Shown: positions 17,927-26,492 of the stretch, in pieces
How positions within the stretch are numbered: position 1 is the stretch's first letter
How the letters are laid out: each line of letters opens with the position of its first letter
Assembly (NCBI RefSeq): GCF_000008645.1
Contig: NC_000916.1
Span: forward strand, 840,001 to 872,000
DNA from: Methanothermobacter thermautotrophicus str. Delta H
GTDB lineage: Archaea > Methanobacteriota > Methanobacteria > Methanobacteriales > Methanothermobacteraceae
Length of the DNA stretch: 32,000 nt
Direction of reading: 5' to 3'
Translations under genes and position numbers: made by a program
The notes under the pieces: model-generated
Seen by the model: only the letters and a program-made list of their open reading frames with translations
What the model was told of the DNA's origin: nothing
Database searches by the model: none

Positions 17927-19150
17927 CTATGATGTTATTCTGACCCTCCTTTTACCTGTCAGGAGGTCGTTCATGAGCCCCCTCTTTATGTTTTCAAGTT
18001 TAACCTTCCTCTCCGTGAGGAGCTCGAGCCTTCTGTCCACATCCTGGAGTATCTCTGAAATCCTTTTCTGCTCCTCAAGAGGAGGGAGGGGAATTTTTAT
18101 TTTCCTCATTATTCCCTGGTTTAACTTCTTTCTTGTGGATCCAACGACATAATGAGTTAAATCTAAATAAATAAGAATATGGAGTAAAAATCTATTAGTT
18201 ATCTTAGAAGGTAACGCTTCGATAACATGTGCATGATTATTAACCCAAAACTTACCATTCATTATATATGCAGAGCTCCCAAAGGATGAATAATCACCTC
18301 CATCCTCAGCTAAAAGTACAAATTCCCCATTAAAAATATAATCATTGATATAATCAATTATGCCGTTCGCTCCACAATATGGATAATCACCTTTCATCTT
18401 AATTCTTTCTTTTTCACTAAGAGGTATTCTTTTATTATCATGAATCTCAACAACATCCTCCAAGTTAACAACATCCCAATCCACAGGAATCCTGCCAACA
18501 TGAGAATCCTTGAATTCCGTGTGGTTGATGCCCTCCATCAGAAGCCTCTGCATGAGACCCCTCTTAAGTTTCTCTGTAACCCCTATCTCCTTATTAACCT
18601 TCTCTATCGCACCATCAACATCCTGGAGTATCTCTGAAATCCTTTTCTGCTCCTCAAGAGGGGGTACCGGTAAATAAATTTTTTCCAAAGTTTTTTTATT
18701 GAGTTCTTTGAACGTGCTGCCTCCGCTGAGGTCTTGCAGGCGTTTTTTATTTATTAATAGATAATATGCAAAATATCTCGTGTCAACATGTGATTTAGGG
18801 ACTAGTGCTTTGCATCCTTGATTAAACACACATTCAACCGTATTCAATGCAACGTATCCAACTGGTGCTCTTGTTGAGATGAGAATGGAAAGTTTAGGGA
18901 TAAGATTAAGATTTGTTCTTTTCAGCGCCTTCACAGTAACCTTTCTTTCGCTGTCTGCTATCATAATCCCGTTAAGATTACTCATATCAGCAGGTGTAAC
19001 CCAAACAACATCACCATCATCCCAGAACTCATCTATTTTAGTTGATGGTGTAGTTCCAGTAAAAACATCAAAAACTTCCGAAACTCTGGAAACACCCCAA
19101 TCCACAGGAATCCTGCCAACAGGAGAATCCTTGAATTCCACAGTATTCAC
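17927..19150 (-). CDS. hsdS: Type I restriction-modification specificity subunit S
   Basis: Two target-recognition halves each followed by PPLEEQKRISEILQDVD; repeated VGRIPVDW conserved segment; GTG start with SD GGGGGTGA. Confidence 0.96.
   Translation of the reverse strand: MNTVEFKDSPVGRIPVDWGVSRVSEVFDVFTGTTPSTKIDEFWDDGDVVWVTPADMSNLNGIMIADSERKVTVKALKRTNLNLIPKLSILISTRAPVGYVALNTVECVFNQGCKALVPKSHVDTRYFAYYLLINKKRLQDLSGGSTFKELNKKTLEKIYLPVPPLEEQKRISEILQDVDGAIEKVNKEIGVTEKLKRGLMQRLLMEGINHTEFKDSHVGRIPVDWDVVNLEDVVEIHDNKRIPLSEKERIKMKGDYPYCGANGIIDYINDYIFNGEFVLLAEDGGDYSSFGSSAYIMNGKFWVNNHAHVIEALPSKITNRFLLHILIYLDLTHYVVGSTRKKLNQGIMRKIKIPLPPLEEQKRISEILQDVDRRLELLTERKVKLENIKRGLMNDLLTGKRRVRITS
18039..18661. 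repeat. 44-bp perfect direct repeat within hsdS (18039..18082 and 18618..18661)
   Basis: acatcctggagtatctctgaaatccttttctgctcctcaagagg at both sites; encodes EEQKRISEILQDV. Confidence 0.95.
18475..19139. repeat. 44-bp direct repeat with one mismatch within hsdS (18475..18518 and 19096..19139)
   Basis: cccaatccacaggaatcctgccaaca[t/g]gagaatccttgaattcc at both sites; encodes EFKDSxVGRIPVDW. Confidence 0.95.
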
Positions 19151-20919
19151 ATTTTCACCCCCATATACCCAAGTTCATCCAGGTAACCCCTTATCCTCTC
19201 ATCAACTTCGGCGAGTTCCTCCTCGATCTCGGAGAGGCGCATCCACTCACCTGCCACATCAATATCCTCGAGCTCCTCCTCAGGGAATGCGTAGAGCGGC
19301 ACGTTCAGATTATAATCATTCTCACGGATCTCATCAAGGTCGACAACCCTTGAGAATCCATCATCACCCTGGAACTCCCTGTAGGCCTCAAGTATCCTCT
19401 CAATGTTCCCGTCAGATAGGATGTTCAGCTTCCTGACCTCAGGGTGCTTCTCATACTCCTCACCTGCATTGATGAAGAGGACCTTACCCCTCCTTTCCTC
19501 ATCCTTATCCTTGTTGAGGATTATTATTGCCCCCGGGGCACCTGTATTGTAGAATAATTTTTCAGGGAGAAGTATAACCGCCTCTATGAGGTCGTCCTCC
19601 AGTACAGCTGACCTTATACTCTTCTCACGGCCACCCCGGAAGAGGCAACCATTATCTATAACCACACCTATCCTCCCGTCATCCTTGGCAGAGGCTATCA
19701 TGTGCTGTATCCATGCCCAGTCAGCGGACTGCTTGTTCACAAATCCGTACCTGAATCTCTCCCTCCAGTAATCTCCCTTCTTGAGGGTGTCCTCACCGTA
19801 ACCATCCTGGTTCCATGGTGGGTTGGCTATCACTACGTCGAACCTCATGATCCCGTCTGATTCCTTGAATTTGGGGTAGAGGAGTGTGTCACCATGGGCT
19901 ATGTGGTGGTCCTTTATGTCATGTATGTACATGTTCATTGATCCTAAGGCCATTGTCTTCCTGTTGACCTCCTGTCCGTAGAGGAAGAGCCTTTCGGCCT
20001 CACCATAGGTCTCCTTAACGTACTTGTGGGATATTATGAGCATGCCATTGGACGCTGATGCCGGGTCGTAGACGCTTTCGCCGGGTTTTGGGTCGAGTAT
20101 CTCGACCAGTAGCCTTATAACCTCCCTGGGTGTGTAGACCTCGCCCTCCTTGGCCTTGGTTGGGGCGAAGTATCTCAGTATCCATTCATAGGCGTCTCCA
20201 AGGATGTCGGGGTCAACGTTTGTGAGTTTCTTCTCACTGAATAGTTCAACGAGCTGCCTGAGTATCTCCCGGTTCTCCTGGCTCTGTGTGAACTCCACGA
20301 AGTCAAAGGCGTCCACCACGTCCTTGAAGGCGGGGTTGAGTTCTGCGAGGTTCTTGAGGGCCCCTGCAAATTTTATGGGCAGGTTCTCAACGTCCTTCCT
20401 TATGTTGTCCCAGAGGTACTCCTCCTTTATGTCAAGGTCATGGTATGCACTGTTACGTGCCTCAAGCCTCGCCTCCTCCTCACTGAGGCCATACTCCTTT
20501 ATGGCATCCTCATATGCCTTCTGGTATTCCATCATCCACTTGTCACTCATCTGTTTCATGAACAGGAGGACCAGGATGAACTTGTAGTCGACCCTTGTCC
20601 TTATGAGGTCTGCTGCCCCCTTGAGTATCCTCTCTATGTCTGCACGGCCAAGTTTATCGTCCTTGAGGGTGAGGTAATCCTGTATGATCTCTGATTTGGG
20701 TCTGAGCATGTAGATCCTTCTTCTCTCATCATCGGGATCCTTTCTTGTCTCTATCCATCCCTTCTTCCTCATCTCGGATATTGCAGCTGAAAGGGACTTT
20801 TCATCAATTAGATGTTCCTTTCCAAGTATTTCAAGGGCCTCGGTGCTCCTGAATTCCCGGTCCTCAAATTTATCCCAGAGGAGGTCATATTTTTCTTCAA
20901 GCCATTTTGGTAGTTTCAT
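19147..20919 (-). CDS. hsdM: Type I restriction-modification methyltransferase subunit M with N-terminal winged-helix-like extension
   Basis: Start at ATG 20919 (SD AAGGTGAT); NPPW motif in VVIANPPWNQDGYGED; PKPGESVYDPASASNGMLI; DWAWIQHMIA; overlaps hsdS start by 4 nt. Confidence 0.96.
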   Translation of the reverse strand: MKLPKWLEEKYDLLWDKFEDREFRSTEALEILGKEHLIDEKSLSAAISEMRKKGWIETRKDPDDERRRIYMLRPKSEIIQDYLTLKDDKLGRADIERILKGAADLIRTRVDYKFILVLLFMKQMSDKWMMEYQKAYEDAIKEYGLSEEEARLEARNSAYHDLDIKEEYLWDNIRKDVENLPIKFAGALKNLAELNPAFKDVVDAFDFVEFTQSQENREILRQLVELFSEKKLTNVDPDILGDAYEWILRYFAPTKAKEGEVYTPREVIRLLVEILDPKPGESVYDPASASNGMLIISHKYVKETYGEAERLFLYGQEVNRKTMALGSMNMYIHDIKDHHIAHGDTLLYPKFKESDGIMRFDVVIANPPWNQDGYGEDTLKKGDYWRERFRYGFVNKQSADWAWIQHMIASAKDDGRIGVVIDNGCLFRGGREKSIRSAVLEDDLIEAVILLPEKLFYNTGAPGAIIILNKDKDEERRGKVLFINAGEEYEKHPEVRKLNILSDGNIERILEAYREFQGDDGFSRVVDLDEIRENDYNLNVPLYAFPEEELEDIDVAGEWMRLSEIEEELAEVDERIRGYLDELGYMGVKM

Positions 20920-21149
20920 ATTATCACCTTCAGTTAAGGTGGCAGTCCTGCCTGCAATGATCCCGGTCCAGATTATACAAGCTAATTGACTTACCACTTG
21001 TATAATTTATACCTTTTAATATAAATATCTTTGTGCGGTATGGCGCTGTAAACCCATTACATAGCATGTCATTTCAAGGTCCAGGTTCATTATCCTCATC
21101 ATCATCCTTATATTCCAGTCCACAGAAATATCACCCCGGAGTGTTAAAC

Positions 21150-22601
21150 ATGAAGGTTCCAAGATGCATGAGTACACAGCATCCAGACAACGTTAACCCG
21201 CCGTTCTTTGCAGAAGAACCTGAACTGGGTGGTGAAGACGAGATAAGGGAGGCATACTACGTCTTCTCACACCTGGGATGTGACGAACAGATGTGGGACT
21301 GCGAGGGCAAGGAAGTGGACAACTACGTTGTAAAGAAACTCCTCACAAAGTACCAGGCCTTCTTCAGGGACCATGTCCTGGGTGAGGATCTGAGGCTCAC
21401 CCTCAGGGTGCCCAACCCCACAGTTGAGAGGGCCGAGGCAAAGATACTCCTTGAGACCCTTGAGAGCATACCCAGATCCTATGACACCGCAAGCCTCTTC
21501 TACGGGATGGACGCAGCCCCGGTCTTCGAGGTCATCCTACCCATGACCTCATCAAGCAGCTGCCTCAACCGGATCCACAGCTACTACCTGGACTTTGTGA
21601 AGGGTAAGGAGAGGCTGCAGCTCGCAGATGGTGTGACCGTCAAGGAGTGGATAGGTGAATTCCGGCCCGACGAGATCAACGTTATCCCCCTCTTCGAGGA
21701 CCATGAGGGGATGCTGAACGCCGCCAAGATCACAGGCGAGTACCTTGATGGTAAGGATATCCAGGAGCAGAGGGTCTTCCTTGCAAGGTCAGACCCCGCC
21801 ATGAACTACGGTATGATATCAGCCACACTCCTCAACAGGATAGCCCTCTCAGACTTCCGGGACCTTGAGGAAGAGTCAGGAGTTAAACTCTACCCCATAA
21901 TAGGTATGGGCTCAGCTCCCTTCAGGGGTAACCTCCGCCCCGATAATGTGGAGGACGTTACCTGGGAGTACCGTGGCGCCTACACCTTCACTGTCCAGTC
22001 ATCCTTCAAGTACGACCATGAACCATCAGATGTCATCAGGGGCATAAAGAAACTCAGGTCTGTTAAACCGGGCAGGGCAGCTGAAATCGAGCGTGAAAGT
22101 GTCCTGGAGATAATTTCAGCCTACTGCAGGGAGTACAGGAGGCAGGTCATGGACCTCGTGGACATCATAAACAGGGTTGCGAGGTACGTGCCCGGCAGGA
22201 GGAAGAGGAAGCTCCACATCGGACTCTTCGGATACTCCAGGAGCATGGGAAACGTTTCACTCCCAAGGGCAATAACCTTCACAGCGGCCCTCTACTCGCT
22301 GGGGGTTCCCCCGGAGCTGCTCGGGTTCAACGCGCTATCATCAGGTGACCTTGAATTCATTGAGGAGGTCTACCCGGGTCTTGGAAGGGACCTCCATGAC
22401 GCTGCAAGGTACGCCAACCCTGAATCACCATTCCTCAGCCCTGAGGTTAAATCATCCTTTGAGGAGTACCTTGAACCTGAGTATGATGAGGGACACATGA
22501 AGACCACAGAGGAGATCATAAGGGCCCTCAGAATCAACAGGACAGCCAACCTCCAGGAGCTCATCCTTGAGGCTGCAAGCCAGAGGAAGTTCCTCGGCTG
22601 A
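21150..22601 (+). CDS. ppcA: Phosphoenolpyruvate carboxylase, archaeal type
   Basis: MKVPRCMSTQHPDNVNPPFFAEEPELGGEDEIREAYYVFSHLGCDEQMWDCEGKEVDNYVV...; GLFGYSRSMGNVSLPRAITFTAALYSLGVPPELLG. Start moved to ATG 21150. Confidence 0.95.
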   Translation: MKVPRCMSTQHPDNVNPPFFAEEPELGGEDEIREAYYVFSHLGCDEQMWDCEGKEVDNYVVKKLLTKYQAFFRDHVLGEDLRLTLRVPNPTVERAEAKILLETLESIPRSYDTASLFYGMDAAPVFEVILPMTSSSSCLNRIHSYYLDFVKGKERLQLADGVTVKEWIGEFRPDEINVIPLFEDHEGMLNAAKITGEYLDGKDIQEQRVFLARSDPAMNYGMISATLLNRIALSDFRDLEEESGVKLYPIIGMGSAPFRGNLRPDNVEDVTWEYRGAYTFTVQSSFKYDHEPSDVIRGIKKLRSVKPGRAAEIERESVLEIISAYCREYRRQVMDLVDIINRVARYVPGRRKRKLHIGLFGYSRSMGNVSLPRAITFTAALYSLGVPPELLGFNALSSGDLEFIEEVYPGLGRDLHDAARYANPESPFLSPEVKSSFEEYLEPEYDEGHMKTTEEIIRALRINRTANLQELILEAASQRKFLG

Positions 22602-22851
22602 AACCCTCCACCATTTTTTGTGCTGAGCAGAGAGCTGCCCCCCATAAACTATTTTTTCAATTCTGAAAGCATCCATACACATCCACTGTAAGACCACCCG
22701 GCCTTCCCACGGGTTCTGGCATCAGTCTACCCACTGTTCCTGACGGACCCGCTGATATAGAATTCTGGCATCACCATCCCCACCCTTCCTTACTGACCTG
22801 TTGATACATTAAAATAGCTTCACTGACATAACAATAATGTGGGGGTGTTTT

Positions 22852-23676
22852 ATGGACAACATTGAAAGAATTAAAATGATTGAGAAGTCCCCTATAAGTT
22901 TTGAGGGGCTGAGGAAGCTGAACATAGCGGCCGGGTCCCTGCACCTGATCCAGGGGCTTCTGATGGTTGCGCTGGGTTACCTGCTCACATGGGACAGGGA
23001 CATCTACACGTTCTACCTGAAGTTCAAGATACTCTCACTGAATCCGCCGTCATTCCAGGTCCTTCCCAGCCCTGAGGTGGCATTCACCGTGAGCTACCTC
23101 GGGGTGATCCTTGCATCCTTCCTCCTGATATCTGCGGTGGCCCACTTCACAATAGCCTTCCTCAGGAATGAGAGTTACGTTGAGAACCTGAAGAGGGGTA
23201 TGAACCCCTACCGCTGGTACGAGTATGCTCTCTCAAGTTCAATAATGATAGTGATACTGGCCACCTTCGTGGGGGTCTGGGACCTCTGGTCACTTGTGAT
23301 GATCTTCGTCCTCAACGCATCGATGATAATGTTCGGCTACCTGATGGAGAAGATCAACCAGTACACCGAGAAGATCGACTGGTCACCCTACCTCCTGGGG
23401 TGCATCTCCGGCTTCACCCCATGGGTGGTCATTGCAGCCTACTTCATCGCCGCCCTGGGCTCCGCCGAGACACAGCCACCGGACTTCGTCTACCTCACAC
23501 TGCTCATCTACTTTGTGATGTTCAACACATTCTCCGTCAACATGCTGCTGCAGTACAGGGGTGTCGGTAAATGGAGGGACTACCTCTACGGTGAGAGGGT
23601 CTACATCATACTGAGCCTGGTTGCAAAGACCCTGCTGGCCTGGCTGGTGTTCATAGGGGTGTTCTCACCCTTCTAG
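22852..23676 (+). CDS. Heliorhodopsin
   Basis: 274 aa, seven hydrophobic helices; TM1 GSLHLIQG, TM3 ISAVAHFTIA, R121-W-Y-E124-Y...SSSIM, LNASMIMFGYLME, and TM7 YIILSLVAK259TLLAW with the retinal-type lysine. SD GGGGGTG before ATG 22852; TATA-like ATTAAAATAG about 40 nt upstream. Confidence 0.93.
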   Translation: MDNIERIKMIEKSPISFEGLRKLNIAAGSLHLIQGLLMVALGYLLTWDRDIYTFYLKFKILSLNPPSFQVLPSPEVAFTVSYLGVILASFLLISAVAHFTIAFLRNESYVENLKRGMNPYRWYEYALSSSIMIVILATFVGVWDLWSLVMIFVLNASMIMFGYLMEKINQYTEKIDWSPYLLGCISGFTPWVVIAAYFIAALGSAETQPPDFVYLTLLIYFVMFNTFSVNMLLQYRGVGKWRDYLYGERVYIILSLVAKTLLAWLVFIGVFSPF

Positions 23677-23799
23677 TTCTATTTTTTAACCCCTTTTTCT
23701 GGAGGCATCCGGGGGTCAGCCACTCACTTTAAGAACCGCAAAGTATTTATAGGGGTTCCATGTAACCTTATCTTGTCGATATGAGCTCTTTTTAAGCAT

Positions 23800-23871
23800 A
23801 GTCCCGTGGGGTAATGGCAATCCTGATGGACTCTGGATCCATCGATAGCGGTTCGACTCCGCTCGGGACTA
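23800..23871 (+). tRNA. tRNA-Gln (anticodon CTG)
   Basis: 72 nt; acceptor AGTCCCG/CGGGACT; anticodon arm ATGGA-CTCTGGA-TCCAT; T arm GCGG-TTCGACT-CCGC; no encoded CCA. Confidence 0.96.
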
Positions 23872-23939
23872 TCCCCCCATAACACCCCCCTTTTATCGAA
23901 ACCTATTTATGAAGAACATCACCACCTAATAACTGTCAT

Positions 23940-24012
<73 letters not shown>

Positions 24013-24027
24013 CAAACCACTGATTCT

Positions 24028-25161
24028 GTGTCCAAAATGGAGGAAATACTTGTAATAGGCGTCAACACCCGACCTGTGGTTGAATCAGCCTTCAGGTTAG
24101 GGTACAGGGTCTACTCTGCAGGTTACTACTGCACAGCAGACTTCAAGCACTACACCGAAAGAAGGTGCATACTGAGGGAGCGTAGCGGTGAAAGCTGCGG
24201 GAGATTCCATGAGAACTTCAGTCAGGAGAAGCTCCTTGAAGCAGCCTCAGATTTCATAGAAAGGGCTGATGGTATAATCCCCCTCACAGGCGCACCCCCT
24301 CTCCCAGGGGAGAAGGTCCTCGGTAACTCCAGGGTTGATCACGTGGAGGACAAGTACCGCCTCTACAGGAGGATCAGGAACTCATACCCCACACCCGAGA
24401 CACACCTCATCAGTGACCCTGCCGAGGCGATGGAGATTGTAGCTGCAGGGGAGAAGAAATACATCGCAAAGCCGGTTTCCGGCGCTGGAGGCTTTGGTGT
24501 CACCGAGTTCCGCGAAGGTGATGGGGAGTTCCTCCTCCAGGAGTACATCGAGGGCGTCCCTGTGAGTGCCTCTGTTCTTTCAACCGGAGAGGATGCCATC
24601 ACGGTTCTGACGAGCAGGCAGATCATCGACAGGGGCGTACCTGGATTTGAGGGGCAGTTCGTCTACGCCGGTAACATGACACCAGGGCCCTCAGGGGAGA
24701 TTGAGGATCTTGCCAGTGACCTCATACTTGACCTCTCCCTGCGCGGATCCAACGGCGTCGACCTCATAATGAGGGACTCCGAGCTGTATGTCATAGAGGT
24801 CAATCCCAGGATACAGGGGACCTTTGAGTGTGCTGAAGCCTCCCTGGGAATAAACATGGTGGATGCCCATATCAGGGCATGCATGGGCGAGCTTATAGAA
24901 AAACCGGACCCGGTCAGTTATGCTGTTAAGAGGATACTCTATGCCCCGGCAAGGTGCCGGGTGGGTGAGATAAAAACCATGGGGGTCCATGACCTTCCTG
25001 TCCCGGGAACCATAATTGAGGAGGGTGAACCCCTGCTGACCGTCCTGGCCTCCCATAACTCCATGGAGGCCGCTGAGAACCTTGCATCAAACATCTGCTC
25101 CAGGGTCAAGAAAGAACTCCATTACCTCCGATGCCCCCCACCTCGACCACAGGGAGTATGA
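24028..25161 (+). CDS. ATP-grasp domain protein
   Basis: MEEILVIGVNTRPVVESAFRLGYRVYSAGYY...KYIAKPVSGAGGFGVTEF...FLLQEYIEGVPVSASV...LYVIEVNPRIQGTFE. Start uncertain (GTG 24028 or ATG 24037). C-terminal tail altered by a duplication. Confidence 0.88.
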   Translation: MSKMEEILVIGVNTRPVVESAFRLGYRVYSAGYYCTADFKHYTERRCILRERSGESCGRFHENFSQEKLLEAASDFIERADGIIPLTGAPPLPGEKVLGNSRVDHVEDKYRLYRRIRNSYPTPETHLISDPAEAMEIVAAGEKKYIAKPVSGAGGFGVTEFREGDGEFLLQEYIEGVPVSASVLSTGEDAITVLTSRQIIDRGVPGFEGQFVYAGNMTPGPSGEIEDLASDLILDLSLRGSNGVDLIMRDSELYVIEVNPRIQGTFECAEASLGINMVDAHIRACMGELIEKPDPVSYAVKRILYAPARCRVGEIKTMGVHDLPVPGTIIEEGEPLLTVLASHNSMEAAENLASNICSRVKKELHYLRCPPPRPQGV

Positions 25162-25200
25162 GAATATATTGTCAAGAAAGAACTCCATTACCTCCGATGC
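25105..25200. repeat. 30-bp perfect direct repeat (25105..25134 and 25171..25200) separated by 36 bp
   Basis: gtcaagaaagaactccattacctccgatgc present twice, 66-bp period. Confidence 0.97.
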
Positions 25201-25521
25201 TGAGAACCTTCTGCTCCATTAAAGAACCCTACTTTAAGGGGACAAACTGCATATCCTAGGGTTAAGAAGAAGGTGGATTTAAGATACCTCTGGAGCAGAT
25301 CCTTAAGGTATCTGCCATGAAATTTGCAGCTGCTTATCCGGCTCTTGCAGTACCCATACTCTTCAATGTCTCTTATATCCTGTCTTTTTGCAGTGTCCAT
25401 GTACTCTCCAGTGCCCATTTTCCCCTGATATGATCATCTCAGGTGACTGGATCTGGTGTCCTGCACTCAGAACCCTGTGCATGGGTATCCTCCGATAACA
25501 TCAATCACCGCGGGACAGGCA

Positions 25522-25671
25522 TCAGATTATGCCAAGCAGTAGGAGTATCAGTATTATGGTACCTATCGTTATGAGCACCGTGCTCAGAATCATGCCACCT
25601 GTCATTAAAAGGAAAAGTTTGGCCCTCCTATCAGGGTCCTTAAGGTACTCCTTAAGCGGATCCCTGCTCAT
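25522..25671 (-). CDS. Small 49-aa predicted membrane protein
   Basis: Below the ORF-track length cutoff: MSRDPLKEYLKDPDRRAKLFLLMTGGMILSTVLITIGTIILILLLLGII*. Strong SD (AAGGAGGTTGAT, 7-nt spacing) and location immediately downstream of the UPF0216 gene. Confidence 0.8.
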   Translation of the reverse strand: MSRDPLKEYLKDPDRRAKLFLLMTGGMILSTVLITIGTIILILLLLGII

Positions 25672-25684
25672 TCCATCAACCTCC

Positions 25685-26092
25685 TTAGAGCTCCCTCACA
25701 AGGAACATGTACTGTGTAACCGTTGGAAACCTCGCCCTCAGCACCCTCATCTCAGGTCTGTAGATGTAGATCTCATCCCCCTCATCATCCCTCTCAAGGA
25801 CCTCCGAGACAACCTTCACCTCAATATCACCGGCGATCCTTGCACCCGAGGTCTCAGATTCTATCTCAATGTATATCGGGAGCCTCAGCCTCCTTGCCTC
25901 ATCCTCAGTCAGCATCCCCCTGAGGTCTTCAAGTTCAGCCCATTTGAACCTGTGCCTGGTGCCATCAGCCCCTGTAACATGGGGCCTGTCCTCCCTGAGG
26001 AGCTCCTCCAGGGTCTTCCTCCTTGAGGGGAGATGACGGTTGAGGTTGAAGATCTCCTTCTTCATCAGCCTGTCTGATCTGTCACCTCTCAT
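25685..26092 (-). CDS. UPF0216 / DUF61 family protein
   Basis: LMKKEIFNLNRHLPSRRKTLEELLREDRPHVTGADGTRHRFKWAELEDLRGML...IYRPEMRVLRARFPTVTQYMFLVREL; possible alternative start at the internal Met of MKKEIF. Confidence 0.85.
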   Translation of the reverse strand: MRGDRSDRLMKKEIFNLNRHLPSRRKTLEELLREDRPHVTGADGTRHRFKWAELEDLRGMLTEDEARRLRLPIYIEIESETSGARIAGDIEVKVVSEVLERDDEGDEIYIYRPEMRVLRARFPTVTQYMFLVREL

Positions 26093-26104
26093 CCTATTAG
26101 GCTA

Positions 26105-26125
26105 TGTTTTATATTCTATAAAACA
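26105..26125. promoter_or_regulatory. Symmetric divergent promoter: palindrome tgttttata-ttc-tataaaaca
   Basis: 9-bp perfect inverted arms, each resembling an archaeal TATA box facing one of the two divergent genes. Confidence 0.6.
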
Positions 26126-26150
26126 TTAATATCTTAGTGGAGGGTGTACC

Positions 26151-26483
26151 TTGGATATCGATATCGAGCAGTGCCGGGAAAATGATAAGATAAAGGAGAT
26201 AATAAGCGGCAGCGGACTCCCCATAAAGTATATAAAACTTCTTTTAAGGCTCTCGGACGGGATATACATAAACGGCGTCAACTACAATGTGAAGATAGAA
26301 GATAACATCGTCTCAGTCATCCTCATATCCTCCAAGCCCGAGAACAGGACAGGGGTTTTCAGGACAGGGGCCCTCACCAACATATTCTACCGTGTACGTG
26401 AAATTGAAAAGGAGCATGAGGAGATAAAGACCGAGACCCGGGCCAGTGGTAACCTCATAGAGTTAAGGATACATCTCCAGTAG
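26151..26483 (+). CDS. Conserved hypothetical protein
   Basis: 110-aa ORF, TTG start with SD GGAGGG; divergent from the UPF0216 gene. Confidence 0.65.
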   Translation: MDIDIEQCRENDKIKEIISGSGLPIKYIKLLLRLSDGIYINGVNYNVKIEDNIVSVILISSKPENRTGVFRTGALTNIFYRVREIEKEHEEIKTETRASGNLIELRIHLQ

Positions 26484-26492
26484 GGGTGATGG

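Noticed and set aside
18879-19436. 185-aa plus-strand ORF
   Set aside because: Antisense to hsdS/hsdM, Ser/Thr/Pro/His-rich shadow translation with no recognisable domain.
21033-21149. N-terminal extension of PEP carboxylase in the ORF track
   Set aside because: Conserved family start is MKVPRCMSTQHPDN at 21150; the upstream part is low-complexity Ser-rich and noncoding in appearance.
25529-26026. 165-aa plus-strand ORF
   Set aside because: Antisense to the UPF0216 gene and the 49-aa microprotein, both of which have good SDs and coherent sequence.
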